Origin: an uncultured Chloroflexia bacterium
GTDB lineage: Bacteria > Chloroflexota > Anaerolineae > JAAYZQ01
Length of the DNA: 64,000 nt
NCBI GenBank assembly: GCA_963700285.1
Contig: CAVOXA010000001.1
Location: forward strand, 768,001-832,000
Reading direction: 5' to 3'
In this document: one piece after another, positions 1 through 10,832 of the stretch
How positions within the stretch are numbered: the stretch's first letter is position 1
How the letters are laid out: each line of letters opens with the position of its first letter
Notes under the pieces: model-generated
The model's input: the letters and a program-made list of their open reading frames with translations, nothing else
Databases searched by the model: none
Told to the model about the DNA's origin: nothing
Program-made: the position numbers and the translations under genes

Positions 1-2
1 GC

Positions 3-1073
3 GTGGTAGATGCTGGCGGGCAGGGCCTGCTTGTCATTCTGGAAGGAATGCTCCGCTACGCCCAAGGTGAGCCGGTGAGCATGGATACCGAGCTGGAGGC
101 GGCTGTGGATCTCCAGCCGTTCCACCTTGAGGCCGAAGAAGGCTACGGCTATGACATTCAGTTCATCATCCGGGGCCAGGGGTTAAATGTCGAGGAGATC
201 CGCGAGACGATTGCCTCGATGGGGGACTCGGCGCTGGTGGTCGGCGATTCCGCCGCCGTAAAGGTACACGTACATTCCCCGGAGCCGGGCACGCCGATCA
301 ACTATGGGGCTGGCTTGGGTGCGCTCAGTCGTGTCATCGTTGAGAACATGCAGGAGCAGTACCAGGAATTCATCCTGAGCAAGGCCAAGCGGCCACCAGC
401 TCCGGTAGAACCCTTGGGTGGTGTTGGCACGGTGGTCGTTGCGCCTGGGCAGGGGTTGGCACAGGTGTTTAAAAGCCTGGGGGCAAGTGTCGTGGTTTCT
501 GGCGGCCAGACGATGAATCCCAGTACCGAAGATCTGCTCAGTGCGGTGGAAAGCGTACCGAGTGACGATGTGATTATCCTGCCCAATAACAAGAACATCG
601 TCATGGCTGCCGAGCAGGCCAGTGCTCTGTCCGGAAAGAATGTGCGCGTGGTGCGGACGATCACGGTGCCACAGGGGGTCAGTGCCTTGCTGGCACTGAA
701 CTATCAGGCCGATCTGGACACCAATGTCAGAGTGATGGCCGATGCAGCCAGGGCCATCGAGACGATAGAGATCACAAGGGCAGTGCGGTCGGTACAGGTT
801 GATGGCATCCGCGTGAAAGAGGGCGAAGTGATTGGGCTTGTGAATGGAGTTCTAAAGGCCAAGGGTGACTCACCCAATGAGGTGAGCAAGATGGCCCTGC
901 GCGAGATATCCGCCGACGAACTTGAGATCATTACGATCTACTATGGCGAGTCGGTTACAGAGGATGAGGCTCAGCAGCTGGCCGGTGAATTGGAGACGCT
1001 GTTCCCGGACCAAGAGGTCGAGGTTGTGGATGGCGGCCAGCCCTACTATTACTATATTCTATCTGCGGAGTAG
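3..1073 (+). CDS. fakA: DAK2-domain fatty acid kinase catalytic subunit (FakA/YloV), 5' truncated by window edge
   Basis: VDAGGQGL, VKVHVH, GGQTMNPS, ILPNNKNI and C-terminal GGQPYYYYILSAE motifs; adjacent to degV and recG. Confidence 0.93.
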   Translation: MVDAGGQGLLVILEGMLRYAQGEPVSMDTELEAAVDLQPFHLEAEEGYGYDIQFIIRGQGLNVEEIRETIASMGDSALVVGDSAAVKVHVHSPEPGTPINYGAGLGALSRVIVENMQEQYQEFILSKAKRPPAPVEPLGGVGTVVVAPGQGLAQVFKSLGASVVVSGGQTMNPSTEDLLSAVESVPSDDVIILPNNKNIVMAAEQASALSGKNVRVVRTITVPQGVSALLALNYQADLDTNVRVMADAARAIETIEITRAVRSVQVDGIRVKEGEVIGLVNGVLKAKGDSPNEVSKMALREISADELEIITIYYGESVTEDEAQQLAGELETLFPDQEVEVVDGGQPYYYYILSAE

Positions 1074-1115
1074 TGGCGGTCAAGGCTCACGCAGTACCCC
1101 GGAGGCACGATGTAA

Positions 1116-1970
1116 ATGGCAAAAGTGCGCATCATCACCGACGCCACAGTCCATCTGAATTCAGACATCATTGACAAGTACCAGATCACAGTCTTGCCAA
1201 TCGAGATCCTGTTCGGCAACGAGATCTTTGTCATTGGGCGCAAAGACAGCCCGGCCAAGCTTTTTTCGAGAATGATCGATGGGCCGGCTGATGTGATGCG
1301 GGCCTCGATCTCGCCCCAATCCATCCGGGCAGCCTATCGGGCCTTGACTGCGGAAACGGACGAGATCCTGGTTGTTGTGAGTTCACGAGCCTTGAGCCAG
1401 GTCTACGATGTGGCCTTGGCTGAGGCTCAGACCTATCTGGGCCGATGCCGGATTGTGGTGGCGGATTCAGAGTCTACATCGTGGGGATTGGGTCTGGTCG
1501 TAGAGGCTGCAGCTCGGGCAGCGGAAGGGGGGCAGTCCCTCGATCAGATCATTCGGCTGGTACGAGGGGTACTGCCTCACATCTATCTAGTTCTCATTGT
1601 CGATCGCCTGGATTACCTGGAGAAAGGAAGCCGCATCGGTCCGGCTCAGGCTCTGCTGGGCAGTATGCTACGCATCAAGCCCCTGTTGATTGTGGAAGAT
1701 GGGGATGTCATTCCGATGGAAAAGGTACGCACGCGCGCCATGGCGATTGAAAAGCTGGTTGAGTTTGTGGCCGAATTCGCCGTGGTTGAGCAGGTGGTAA
1801 TCTTGCGAAGCCAGTCTGGGAATGATATGGATGAGCTGACGGACGAATTGTGCGAGCGACTGGGCGAGGTGTTGCCGGGCTTTGAGTTTCCAGCCATCGA
1901 GTACGATCCGGTGCTGGCCTGCCACGTGGGTCCAGAGGCTATGGGCGTGATCGTTTACGAAGGTTTATGA
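1116..1970 (+). CDS. degV: DegV family fatty-acid binding protein (FakB-like)
   Basis: VRIITDA N-terminus, DSESTSWGLG, LDYLEKGSRIG, IKPLL, HVGPEAMGV; GGAGG SD upstream. Confidence 0.9.
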   Translation: MAKVRIITDATVHLNSDIIDKYQITVLPIEILFGNEIFVIGRKDSPAKLFSRMIDGPADVMRASISPQSIRAAYRALTAETDEILVVVSSRALSQVYDVALAEAQTYLGRCRIVVADSESTSWGLGLVVEAAARAAEGGQSLDQIIRLVRGVLPHIYLVLIVDRLDYLEKGSRIGPAQALLGSMLRIKPLLIVEDGDVIPMEKVRTRAMAIEKLVEFVAEFAVVEQVVILRSQSGNDMDELTDELCERLGEVLPGFEFPAIEYDPVLACHVGPEAMGVIVYEGL

Positions 1971-2004
1971 TTGGTCGATACGCACTGTTCATGGATGGCC
2001 GACC

Positions 2005-2306
2005 ATGGTCAGAATTGTCACCGATAGCACGGCGGACCTGCCGGCTGGTGTGGCAGCAGCGCTTGGTATCACCGTGGTACCCTGCTATGTCGTCTTTGGG
2101 ACTGAGACCTATCGGGATGGCGTAGAACTGACAGTGCAGCAATTCTACGGGAAGCTCGCTGGGTCGAGCGTGATTCCTACGACTGCCGCACCGCCACCCG
2201 CTGTTTACGAAGAGGCTTATTGCCAGCTAGCCAAGGAGCAGGTGTGACGATCGCCAGCCACGCAGGACCGGGAGCGGTAGGCATTGCCTGCGTCGCAGCG
2301 GAGTGA
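2005..2306 (+). pseudogene. degV: Second DegV paralogue with a large internal deletion
   Basis: N-terminus MVRIVTDSTADL...PTTAAPPP joins at ~2238, out of frame, to a DegV C-terminus AGVTIASHAGPGAVGIACVAAE* (stop 2304-2306); only ~100 of ~280 codons remain. Confidence 0.8.
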
Positions 2307-2382
2307 CAGAGCTAGGCTACGCCAGGGTACGACGGCAGGCCGGGACAGAGCAGCGTAAATCGGAATTTGGTTCGGAGGCAGA

Positions 2383-4883
2383 ATGCTGGCAGCTTTTGAC
2401 AAGCTGGACAAGATACTCAGACTGGAACAGAGCCAGGGTTATCGCAACCGCTCTGTGATCGGCGGACTGGACAAGTTTGCGGTACTCTGGCGGGATGAGG
2501 CTCAATCAGAATCGCAAGACGATGTGCAGATCAGCCAGATTGCCAAGATCTCCGATCTGTTGGCTGGCTATTCTCAAGCCGACCAGCCAAAGCGCCAAGA
2601 GTCGGTGGAGAGTATTCTGGGCCTGCTCCAGGAGGCGCCGGGCGATTCTCCACTCCGCAAGCCGCCTCTGCGCAAGCCGGGCTCGACTGCCACCCAGTCT
2701 CCGGCCGAGTCGCCTGCGGCTCCCGAGCCCCAGGGCGCACCACGGCCTGTCAAGGAGACCTCGGACGCGCCCTCCGGACCCCTTGAGCCTCCTGCCTCGG
2801 GACTGCAGGCGCCGGTTACCAGCCTGCCTGGGATCAGCGCAGCATACTCGGCCCGCCTTGCGCGTCTGGGGATTTCTACCGTGCGTGACCTACTATACCA
2901 CATTCCCCATCGCTACGATGACTATCGCACACTGAAACCAATTAACCGGCTGGAGTACGGGGACGAGACGACCGTGGTTGGCACGATCTGGGAAACCACC
3001 AGTCGCAAGATACGGGGAGGCAGCACACTTGTTAGCAGCATCGTGGCCGATGCTTCGGGCACTATCGAAGCGGTCTGGTTCAACCAGCCTTACCTGGTCG
3101 GCCAACTGCGTGCAGGGAGGCAGATCGTTCTGAGCGGGAAGGTAGACGAGTACCTGGGGCGCCTGATGCTGCAATCACCCGTTTGGGAGCCGCTGGAGAA
3201 GGAATTGATTCATACAGGCCGCTTGGTGCCCATCTACCCCTTGACGAGTGGTATCACGTCCCGTTGGATGCGGCGGCTCATTAAGCGCGTTGTGGATCAC
3301 TGGGCTCCGCGTCTGGAGGATCACCTGCCCGCGCAGATCCGCAAGAGGGCGGATCTGATAGAACTTTCTGCTGCCCTCCGGCAGATCCACTTTCCGGACA
3401 GTGAGGCGACGGCTGCGGAGGCTCGCCACAGGTTGTCTTTTGACGAGTTCCTGTTTATCCAACTGGGGATGCTGCGCCAGCGTCAGGAATGGCAGAACCA
3501 GGCTGGGACGCCCATTCCACGCAATCAGCGATTACTGGACGCTTTCCTGGGTTCGCTGCCATTTCAACTGACCCCCGCCCAACAGCGCAGCCTCGATCAG
3601 ATATTGGTCGATATAGCTCAGATCACAGCCAATGAGCCGTCTGCTGCAGGGAGACGTGGGCTCGGGCAAGACGGTGGTTGCGACGGCGGCCATGCTGATG
3701 GCTGTTGCGGCCGGCAGACAGTCAGCCCTGATGGCTCCCACCGAGATCCTGGCCGAACAGCACTACCGGACCATAACAGAACTGGTGGCCCATGCTGAGG
3801 ACTGGGGCCTCGAAGGTCCCCTGTCGGTGGTACTGCTCACAGGCAGCCTTCGCCGTGTGGAGCGTGGCAAGGCATATGCGGCTCTGGCCTCGGGCCAGAC
3901 AGACATCGTTGTCGGTACCCACGCCCTGATCCAGAAGCATGTTACGTTCAAAGATCTAGGCTTGGCCATTGTGGACGAGCAACACCGTTTTGGTGTGACC
4001 CAACGCACTAGCCTGCGCGGAAAGGGGGCATCTCCCCACGTACTGGTCATGAGCGCCACGCCTATCCCCCGCAGCCTGGCGCTGACGGTCTACGGTGATC
4101 TGGAGGTCTCGGTGATTGACGAACTGCCTCCCGGCCGCCAGCCCATCGAAACCCGCTGGCTTCTACCCAAGGAACGGGAGCGTGCCTACGCCTTTCTGCG
4201 CAGCCAGGTCGAAAAGGGCCGCCAGGCTTTCATCCTGTACCCCCTTGTCGAGGAGTCGGAAAAGGTTGAGGCCAGGGCCGCAGTGGAGGAGTACGAACGG
4301 CTGCAGCAGACCGTGTTCCCAGACCTTCGGCTGGGATTGCTCCACGGCCGCATGAAGGCGCAGGGAAAAGGAGCGGGTGATGGTCGATTTCCACGAGGGC
4401 GAACTAGACATCCTGGTGTCCACCTCGGTGATAGAGGTCGGCATCGATGTACCAAATGCTACTGTCATGCTCATCGAGGGCGCCGACCGTTTCGGCTTGG
4501 CCCAATTGCACCAGTTCCGAGGCCGGGTTGGCCGAGGCTCACACCAATCGTACTGCTTGCTGCTCTCCGATACGGCTTCTCCGCACGATCCTACAACCAA
4601 GGCCACGTGGGAGCGGCTAAAGGCCATCGAAGACACGCAGGATGGATTCGTTCTGGCCGAAAAGGACCTGGAGCTTCGCGGACCCGGGGACTTTTTCGGG
4701 GTACGGCAGAGCGGGCTGCCCGCACTGCGCCTGGCCAGCCTGAGCAATGTCCAGATCTTGGAGCAGGCGCGCACCGAGGCGCAATCCCTATTCGAGGACG
4801 ATCCGACGCTGAGCATGCCAGAAAACCAAGCGTTGGCCGAGCAGGTATCGCATTTCTGGCAAGCGGTAGGGGAGCCAAATTAG
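2383..4883 (+). CDS. recG: ATP-dependent DNA helicase RecG, split over three ORFs by frameshifts near 3630 and 4370
   Basis: Wedge domain, [57 protein letters not shown]. Confidence 0.93.
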
Positions 4884-4903
4884 ACTCCCTGCGGAGACCA
4901 TTC

Positions 4904-5457
4904 ATGTCCAAATCAACCAGAGTTGTGCCATTTACCCAGGCACTTTTGACCCGGTGCACAATGGCCACATCGACATCGTTGCACGCGCTTCCAAGCTGTT
5001 TGATCATCTGACGGTTGCGATCTATGCCCGGCCACTCAAGAATCTGTTGTTCACCACGGAAGAGCGTAAGGCCATGATGGAAGATGCCTTGTGCGATATC
5101 CCAAACGTCAGTGTTGCAACCTATCGCCAATTGACCGTGGAGTTTGCCCGGCAGGCTGGTGCCCAGGTCATCGTCCGCGGCCTTCGGGTGATTTCTGACT
5201 TTGAGTTGGAGTTCCAGATGGCGCTGACCAACAAAAAACTGGCGCCAGACATCGAGTTCGTGTGTCTGATGACGAGCCAGGAGTATGCCTTTCTTAGCGC
5301 CAGTACGGTCAAAGAGATTGCCATGTTGGGGGGCTGTGTTGATAGCATGGTGCCTCCCCACGTGGCAGACGCGATGAGCGCCAAGTTCGAAGGGCCAGCC
5401 AGCGCCGACGACGAAAGTGTGAAGCTTGGTCTCACTACGAGACTAGGCTCAGCGTAG
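4904..5457 (+). CDS. coaD: Pantetheine-phosphate adenylyltransferase (apparent frameshift in the first ~10 codons)
   Basis: CAIYPGTFDPVHNGH in the 4954 ORF frame, VRGLRVISDFELEFQMA; ATG at 4904 is in another frame. Confidence 0.92.
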
Positions 5458-5486
5458 CCAAACCAAGAAGAAAGGAGGCGATTCCC

Positions 5487-6027
5487 ATTAGCGACATCTA
5501 TCACCTAATCGATCGATTGGAACGGCTGCTGAACGATAGCTGACGCAGGTGCCCTTGAGCGCATACCTGATTATCAATGAAGGAGACTTCCTGGACATCA
5601 TTGACCAGATGCGCACAGCCATTCCGCAGGAGGTCAAGCGGGGGGAGAGAGTCCAACAGGAGCGGGACCGGATCATCGCTCAGGCAGAGGAAGAGGCCGG
5701 GAGCGATCGTGGAACTGGGGCAAGGAGGAGGCGGCCAGACTGGCTGATGAGCATGAAGTCATCCAGGCCGCGAACCAGAGAGCCCAGACGATCCTCGAAC
5801 GCGCCCAGCGCGAAGCCGAAGGGCTCAAGAGTGAGGCCGACAAGTACGCGCAAGGCGTCCTCATCTCTCTCGATGAACAACTCGGGGTACTGGATGGGCA
5901 GATCGAAGGCCTGCTGACGACGGTACGAAACGGCCTAAGGAGACTTTCGCAGTCCGAAGGCCCTGCGCCTGTGCATAGACCCGTACAAGTGGAAGAGCCT
6001 GCTACTTTACTGGAAGCCGGATCCTAA
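5487..6027 (+). CDS. Conserved coiled-coil protein downstream of coaD (often annotated ATPase subunit/DivIVA-like); frameshifted
   Basis: DIYHLIDRLERLL...IIDQMRTAIPQEVK...IIAQAEEEA...AQREAEGLKSEADKYA...TVRNG; AAAGGAGG SD at 5471; conserved coaD-X-DUF177-rpmF order. Confidence 0.75.
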
Positions 6028-6121
6028 CACTGGTTTGCACGCAGATCGCAACAACGTCCGCGAATGACATGGCCGTGCCTGGTGGGGAGTGCGGGTCAGC
6101 CTGCCCTGCCGCGTCTATGTC

Positions 6122-6150
6122 TTGACACGTGACCTACTCTGGCCTATAAT
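6122..6150 (+). promoter_or_regulatory. Consensus sigma70 promoter for DUF177-rpmF
   Basis: TTGACA-17 bp-TATAAT, 27 nt upstream of ATG 6178. Confidence 0.88.
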
Positions 6151-6177
6151 TGGGCCGACCAATGGTCGGGGATAGAC

Positions 6178-6808
6178 ATGCGTTACAACGTTGCCCAACT
6201 GCTCAAGGGGCCGATCGGCGGACGCCGAGAATACGATCTGAACGAAGAAGTGAGCTGGCTGGATGCGGAGTTGGAGCTCATTCGCCCGCTGACTGGTTCG
6301 GTGACGTTGATGCGTACGAGCCAGGGGATCCTGGTCGCAGGGCAATTGCGGACTGTGCTCCGAGGGACGTGCCGGCGCTGCCTCGAGCCGTGCGACCTGG
6401 CGGCTGAACTTGATCTGGAAGAAGAGTTCTATCCTGCCGTACACATTGGCCAAGGCTCCGCTGGACGAGGTGCCTGACGAGGACGAGGACGAGGCCCTGC
6501 TGATTGACGAGCACCATGTCCTTGATCTGAGCGAGGTGATCCGCCAAGGCCTGTTGCTGGTTGACCCAAGGCAGACTTTGTGCCGTCCCGATTGTGCGGG
6601 GCTGTGCCCGCGCTGCGGCGGAAATCGCAACCTGGGGGAGTGCAATTGCGACGAGGGTCTGAGGGATCCGCGCTGGGCGGCGCTGCAGACGTTGCTATCG
6701 AATCCATCGGATTCGGTAGGAAAGGAGCGACTAAGCCAGTGGGAGCATTACCAAAACACAAACTGGGCAAAGGCCGCAAGGGTCGCCGGCGCAGCCACCA
6801 CGCGCTAA
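6178..6808 (+). CDS. yceD: DUF177/YceD family metal-binding protein (frameshift near 6450; true 3' end probably earlier)
   Basis: [41 protein letters not shown]; immediately upstream of rpmF. Confidence 0.88.
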
Positions 6809-6925
6809 AGGCCCGAAACTTGATCCCTTGTCCCAAGTGCCACGAATTGCGTTTGCCTCACCAGGTCTGTCCCGTCGTGCGGCAGCTACAAGGGCATTGA
6901 GGTTATCGAAATCAAGTGTGAATAG
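6739..6925 (+). CDS. rpmF: 50S ribosomal protein L32, Zn-ribbon type (single-base insertion near 6872)
   Basis: GTG start after AAGGAG; [20 protein letters not shown]...CPKC...[12 protein letters not shown] after correcting one inserted base. Confidence 0.92.
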
Positions 6926-6971
6926 TACGGGCAGACATTGCTCGGCGGTATCTGCGTTCTGGGATAGAGAG

Positions 6972-7009
6972 AGGCCGTGTCAGGTATTCAGGCACACGGC
7001 CCTTGTTTT
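6972..7009 (+). terminator. Probable intrinsic terminator after rpmF
   Basis: GGCCGTGT...ACACGGCC stem followed by CTTGTTTT. Confidence 0.55.
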
Positions 7010-7052
7010 GCCGGTAGCGCACAGCCAGCGATGACACTATCAGGAGGTCACA

Positions 7053-8197
7053 GTGATTGATTTCTCTTTAGTCCGACGACCTGTTGGAGATCCAGACCAG
7101 GGCACGCGAGTTCGCCCAGGGAAGAGATTCTGCCCATTGCCGCCGAGTACGACCGCAAGGCCGAGGTGCCGCCTGGCATCGTGGCCAAGGCCAAGGCAGC
7201 GGGGCTGCTCAACGTCACCATTCCCAAGGAATATGGGGGCATGGGCTATGGTGCGCTTGAAAGCGCCATCATCGCCGAAGAGTTGGGTGCGGCCTGTGCT
7301 GGCATCAGCATCACCATCCTGGTCAATGGCCTGGCTCTGACGCCAATCCAGCTCTTTGGCAGCGAGGAGCAGAAGAAGAAATTCCTTCGTCCCGTCGCCG
7401 AGGGCGGCCAAGCTGGCAGCCTTTTGTCTGACGGAGCGTGACGCAGGTTCCGACGCGAGTGCGATCCAGACTACGGCCCTGCCTGACGGCGATGACTTTG
7501 TCATCAACGGGCAAAAGTGCTTTATCACCAGCGGCGGTCTGGCCGATATCATGACCGTCTTTGCCCTGACCGATCCGGATCGCGGGCCCCGAGGCGTGTC
7601 GGCCATCGTCGTGCCGGCGGACACACCCGGCATCCAGGTGACCAAGGTCGAGGACAAGATGGGGCAAAGGGCGTCGAACACGGTGGAACTAACCTTTGAG
7701 AACGTGCGCGTTCCCCAGGCGAACCTGTTGGGCAAGCGGGGTCGGGGCTTTCCCATCGCCCTACAGACACTGGACTTTGGCCGGTCCGGCGTGGCTGCCT
7801 TGAGCGTCGGTGTGGCCCGGGCGGCCCTAGAATATGCCGTCGCCTATGCCAAAGAGCGCCAGCAGTTTGGCGCACCCATCAATCACCAACCAGGGCGTCT
7901 CCTTCATGCTGGCCGACATGGCCATGAAGGTCGAGGCTGCACGGCTGCTCACCTGGCAGGCGGCCTGGTACGCAGACCAAGGGCGTCAAGGCCACCGACA
8001 AGTCGGCCATGGCCAAATGCTTTGCCTCGGATACGGCGATGGAGGTGACGACCAACGCGGTACAGATTTTTGGCGGCTATGGCTACATGAAGGACTATCC
8101 CGTCGAGAAGCTGATGCGCGATGCCAAGCTGCTCCAGATCTACGAGGGCACCAACCAGATCCAGCGGATGGTGATCGCCCGGCAGTTGGGCAAGTGA
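7053..8197 (+). CDS. Acyl-CoA dehydrogenase (short-chain/butyryl-type), several frameshifts
   Basis: [77 protein letters not shown]. Confidence 0.9.
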
Positions 8198-8223
8198 GGG
8201 ATCGGAGCTAAAGGGACGACGAT

Positions 8224-9168
8224 ATGGGTGAGACGGCACTGGTTTTCCCAGGACAGGGATCACAGGAAGTGGGAATGGGCCGGGATCTGGCAGAAGCCTA
8301 TCCACAAGCCCGGCTTTTGTTTGACAAAGCTGATGCGATCCTGGGCTTTTCGCTGTCAAGTCTCTGTTTCAAGGGGCCTGAAGCAGCCTTAAACGATACG
8401 ATCAACACACAGCCGGCGCTTTTTGTTACCAGCCTGGCCGTACTGGCTGCCCTGGAGGTCGAGGGCGGAGATGCGGCGCGGCCAGCGATGGTGGCCGGCC
8501 ATAGCCTGGGCGAGCTGACTGCTCTTGCTGCGGCCGGGGCGATGGACTTTGCCGATGGCCTGCGGCTGGTGCGGGAGCGCGGCCGGTTGATGAAACTGGC
8601 CGGAGAACAGAGTCCGGGCGGCATGGCTGCCGTACTCAAGATGGACGACGAAGAAGTGGAGCAAGCCTGCCAGGAGGCCAGCGACGAGATTGGGCAGCCG
8701 GTGCAGATCGCAAACTATAACTCGCCGGGCCAGGTGGTTATCTCTGGCGACAAGGACGCACTGGCGCGGGCCATAGAATTGCTGAAGCAACGAGGCGGCC
8801 GGCGCATCATCCCCCTGGCTGTGAGCATCGCTGCCCATTCGCCGCTGATGTCTAGTGTCGTGGGTGAATACCGGGCGGCGGTGGACGCGACATCCTTCCG
8901 GGTACCTGAGGTGCCGGTCGTGGCCAATATCAGCGCTCGGCCGCTGCTGGGCGTTGATGAAATCCGCGACGAATTGGCCGGGCAGCTCACCTGGCCCGTG
9001 CGCTGGACGTCCTCGGTGCAGTGGATGATCGAGCAGGGCGTGACTCGCTTTGTCGAGGTCGGACCCAAGGACGTGCTGAGCAAACTGGCGGAGCGGATTG
9101 ACCGCCGGGCAGAGGCCCAGAGTGTAGGAGATGTAGCGTCGGTGCAAATGCTGTATCCTGGCGGATAG
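8224..9168 (+). CDS. fabD: Malonyl-CoA:ACP transacylase
   Basis: FPGQGSQ, TQPAL, GHSLGE, ANYNSPGQVVISG, AAHSPLM. Confidence 0.95.
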   Translation: MGETALVFPGQGSQEVGMGRDLAEAYPQARLLFDKADAILGFSLSSLCFKGPEAALNDTINTQPALFVTSLAVLAALEVEGGDAARPAMVAGHSLGELTALAAAGAMDFADGLRLVRERGRLMKLAGEQSPGGMAAVLKMDDEEVEQACQEASDEIGQPVQIANYNSPGQVVISGDKDALARAIELLKQRGGRRIIPLAVSIAAHSPLMSSVVGEYRAAVDATSFRVPEVPVVANISARPLLGVDEIRDELAGQLTWPVRWTSSVQWMIEQGVTRFVEVGPKDVLSKLAERIDRRAEAQSVGDVASVQMLYPGG

Positions 9169-9265
9169 GGCTTGTCTGCGGTGGCATCGCCGCAGGAGCA
9201 GTGGGTCTGATGCGTCGTGGTTGGTGAGGTGGATCTGGCCTTCAGAGACTGCGAGGGGGGAAGCG

Positions 9266-10012
9266 ATGAGCATTCAGGACCAGGTAGCTGTCGTAACAGG
9301 TAGCTCGCGGGGCATTGGTCGTGCCATCGCCCTGCGGTTGGCAGTGGACGGTGCTAGGCTTGTGGTCAACTACCGGAGCGACGAGGCTGCGGCCATGGAG
9401 GTCGTGGATCAGATCGTCGCCGGTGGCGGGGAGGCCGTGGCCGTTCAGGCTGACGTGAGCCAGGTTGCTGAAGCCCAGGCCCTCATCGACAGCGCCAAAA
9501 AAAGATTCGGCCGGGTGGATGTCCTGGTCAACAATGCTGGCACTACCCGGGACACGCTCATTATGCGCATGAGCGAAGACGATTGGGATCTGGTGATCGA
9601 CACCAATCTAAAGGGTACATTTAACTGCATCAAGGCTGTCACCCGGCAGATGATGCGCCAGCGCGAGGGAAGGATTGTGAATATTACCTCTGTGGCTGGT
9701 ATCAGCGGCAACCCCGGGCAGGCCAATTACGCTTCAGCCAAGGCTGGCATCATTGGGCTGACCAAGACGGTGGCCAAGGAGCTTGGTTCACGGGGCATCA
9801 CCTGCAATGCCGTAGCGCCCGGTTTTGTGCCCACAGACCTGACTGCCTCTCTGCCCGAAGAGCTGATTCAGATGGGCATTGACCGCACGCCGCTGGGCAG
9901 GCTCGGGACCCCCGAGGATTGTGCTGCCGCGGTTTCCTTCCTGGTCTCGCCGGATGCAAGTTTTATCACCGGGCAAGTACTGGCTGTGGATGGTGGCTTG
10001 GCGATTTCTTGA
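9266..10012 (+). CDS. fabG: 3-oxoacyl-ACP reductase
   Basis: TGSSRGIG, NNAG, NYASAKAG (YxxxK); follows fabD. Confidence 0.94.
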   Translation: MSIQDQVAVVTGSSRGIGRAIALRLAVDGARLVVNYRSDEAAAMEVVDQIVAGGGEAVAVQADVSQVAEAQALIDSAKKRFGRVDVLVNNAGTTRDTLIMRMSEDDWDLVIDTNLKGTFNCIKAVTRQMMRQREGRIVNITSVAGISGNPGQANYASAKAGIIGLTKTVAKELGSRGITCNAVAPGFVPTDLTASLPEELIQMGIDRTPLGRLGTPEDCAAAVSFLVSPDASFITGQVLAVDGGLAIS

Positions 10013-10041
10013 ATGGCAGGGTTGGACGAGAGGGGCGAACA

Positions 10042-10407
10042 ATGGACGACAATCTTGGCAAGGTGATGATCGCGCCCAATGTGCTGGTCACGATCGTTCA
10101 AAAGACCGCGACTTCTGTGCCTGGTGTGCACCAGTTGTACGATAGTGTGCCTGGCGTGAAGCGACTGCTTGGCTTGCACACGGTGGGCCAGGGTGTGGAG
10201 GTAGAGGTCGCTGATGACCAGGTGGCTGTCGACGTCTACCTGGTGGCCAGGCGTGACACAGATCTGTTGCAAATGGGGCGCCAGCTACAAAGCGATGTCA
10301 CGCGTGCTATCGAGCACATTGTAGGGATGGACGTGCGTGAGGTCAATGTCCATGTCGAGGATGTCGCGACCGAACTGCCTCAGGGCAAGGTACGAAAGAA
10401 AGGGTAG
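10042..10407 (+). CDS. Asp23/Gls24 family envelope stress protein
   Basis: [27 protein letters not shown]; conserved position upstream of nusB. Confidence 0.88.
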   Translation: MDDNLGKVMIAPNVLVTIVQKTATSVPGVHQLYDSVPGVKRLLGLHTVGQGVEVEVADDQVAVDVYLVARRDTDLLQMGRQLQSDVTRAIEHIVGMDVREVNVHVEDVATELPQGKVRKKG

Positions 10408-10412
10408 ACTGG

Positions 10413-10832
10413 ATGAAGGTCCGCCACCAGGCGCGAGTCATCACTCTGCAATCATTGTTCGAGATTGACTGTGCCGGACACAATCCCGTTGCAGTGATTG
10501 AGCAACGGTTGGACGAAGCCGGTTTGCCAGAGCCGGGCGCGGTCTTTGCCCGTGAATTGGTGATGGGAGTCAGTAGCCATCAGGAAGAATTGGATGCCCT
10601 GATCAAGCGCTATGCGCCCGAATGGCCAGTAGAACAGATTGCCATCGTCGACCGCAATGTCCTGCGGATTTCCATTTACGAGATTACAATGCGCCAAGAC
10701 ACACCAATTAAGGTGGCCATCAACGAGGCAGTTGAGCTTGCCAAGCAGTTTGGCAGTGACAGTTCGGGCCGGTTTGTCAATGGTGTGTTAGGCTCTCTAG
10801 TTGCACAGGAAACGGTCCTTGTTAGACCATGA
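10413..10832 (+). CDS. nusB: Transcription antitermination factor NusB
   Basis: [33 protein letters not shown]. Confidence 0.95.
   Translation: MKVRHQARVITLQSLFEIDCAGHNPVAVIEQRLDEAGLPEPGAVFARELVMGVSSHQEELDALIKRYAPEWPVEQIAIVDRNVLRISIYEITMRQDTPIKVAINEAVELAKQFGSDSSGRFVNGVLGSLVAQETVLVRP

Noticed and set aside
5531-5545. In-frame TGA in the post-coaD gene as selenocysteine or readthrough
   Set aside because: It coincides with a frame change to the downstream ORF, so an indel error is the simpler explanation; no SECIS-like hairpin recognised
2383-8197. Frameshifts in recG, coaD, DUF177, rpmF and ACAD as programmed frameshifting or genuine pseudogenes
   Set aside because: Scattered single-base insertions without slippery motifs, in genes that include essential ones and are otherwise undecayed; typical of long-read consensus error
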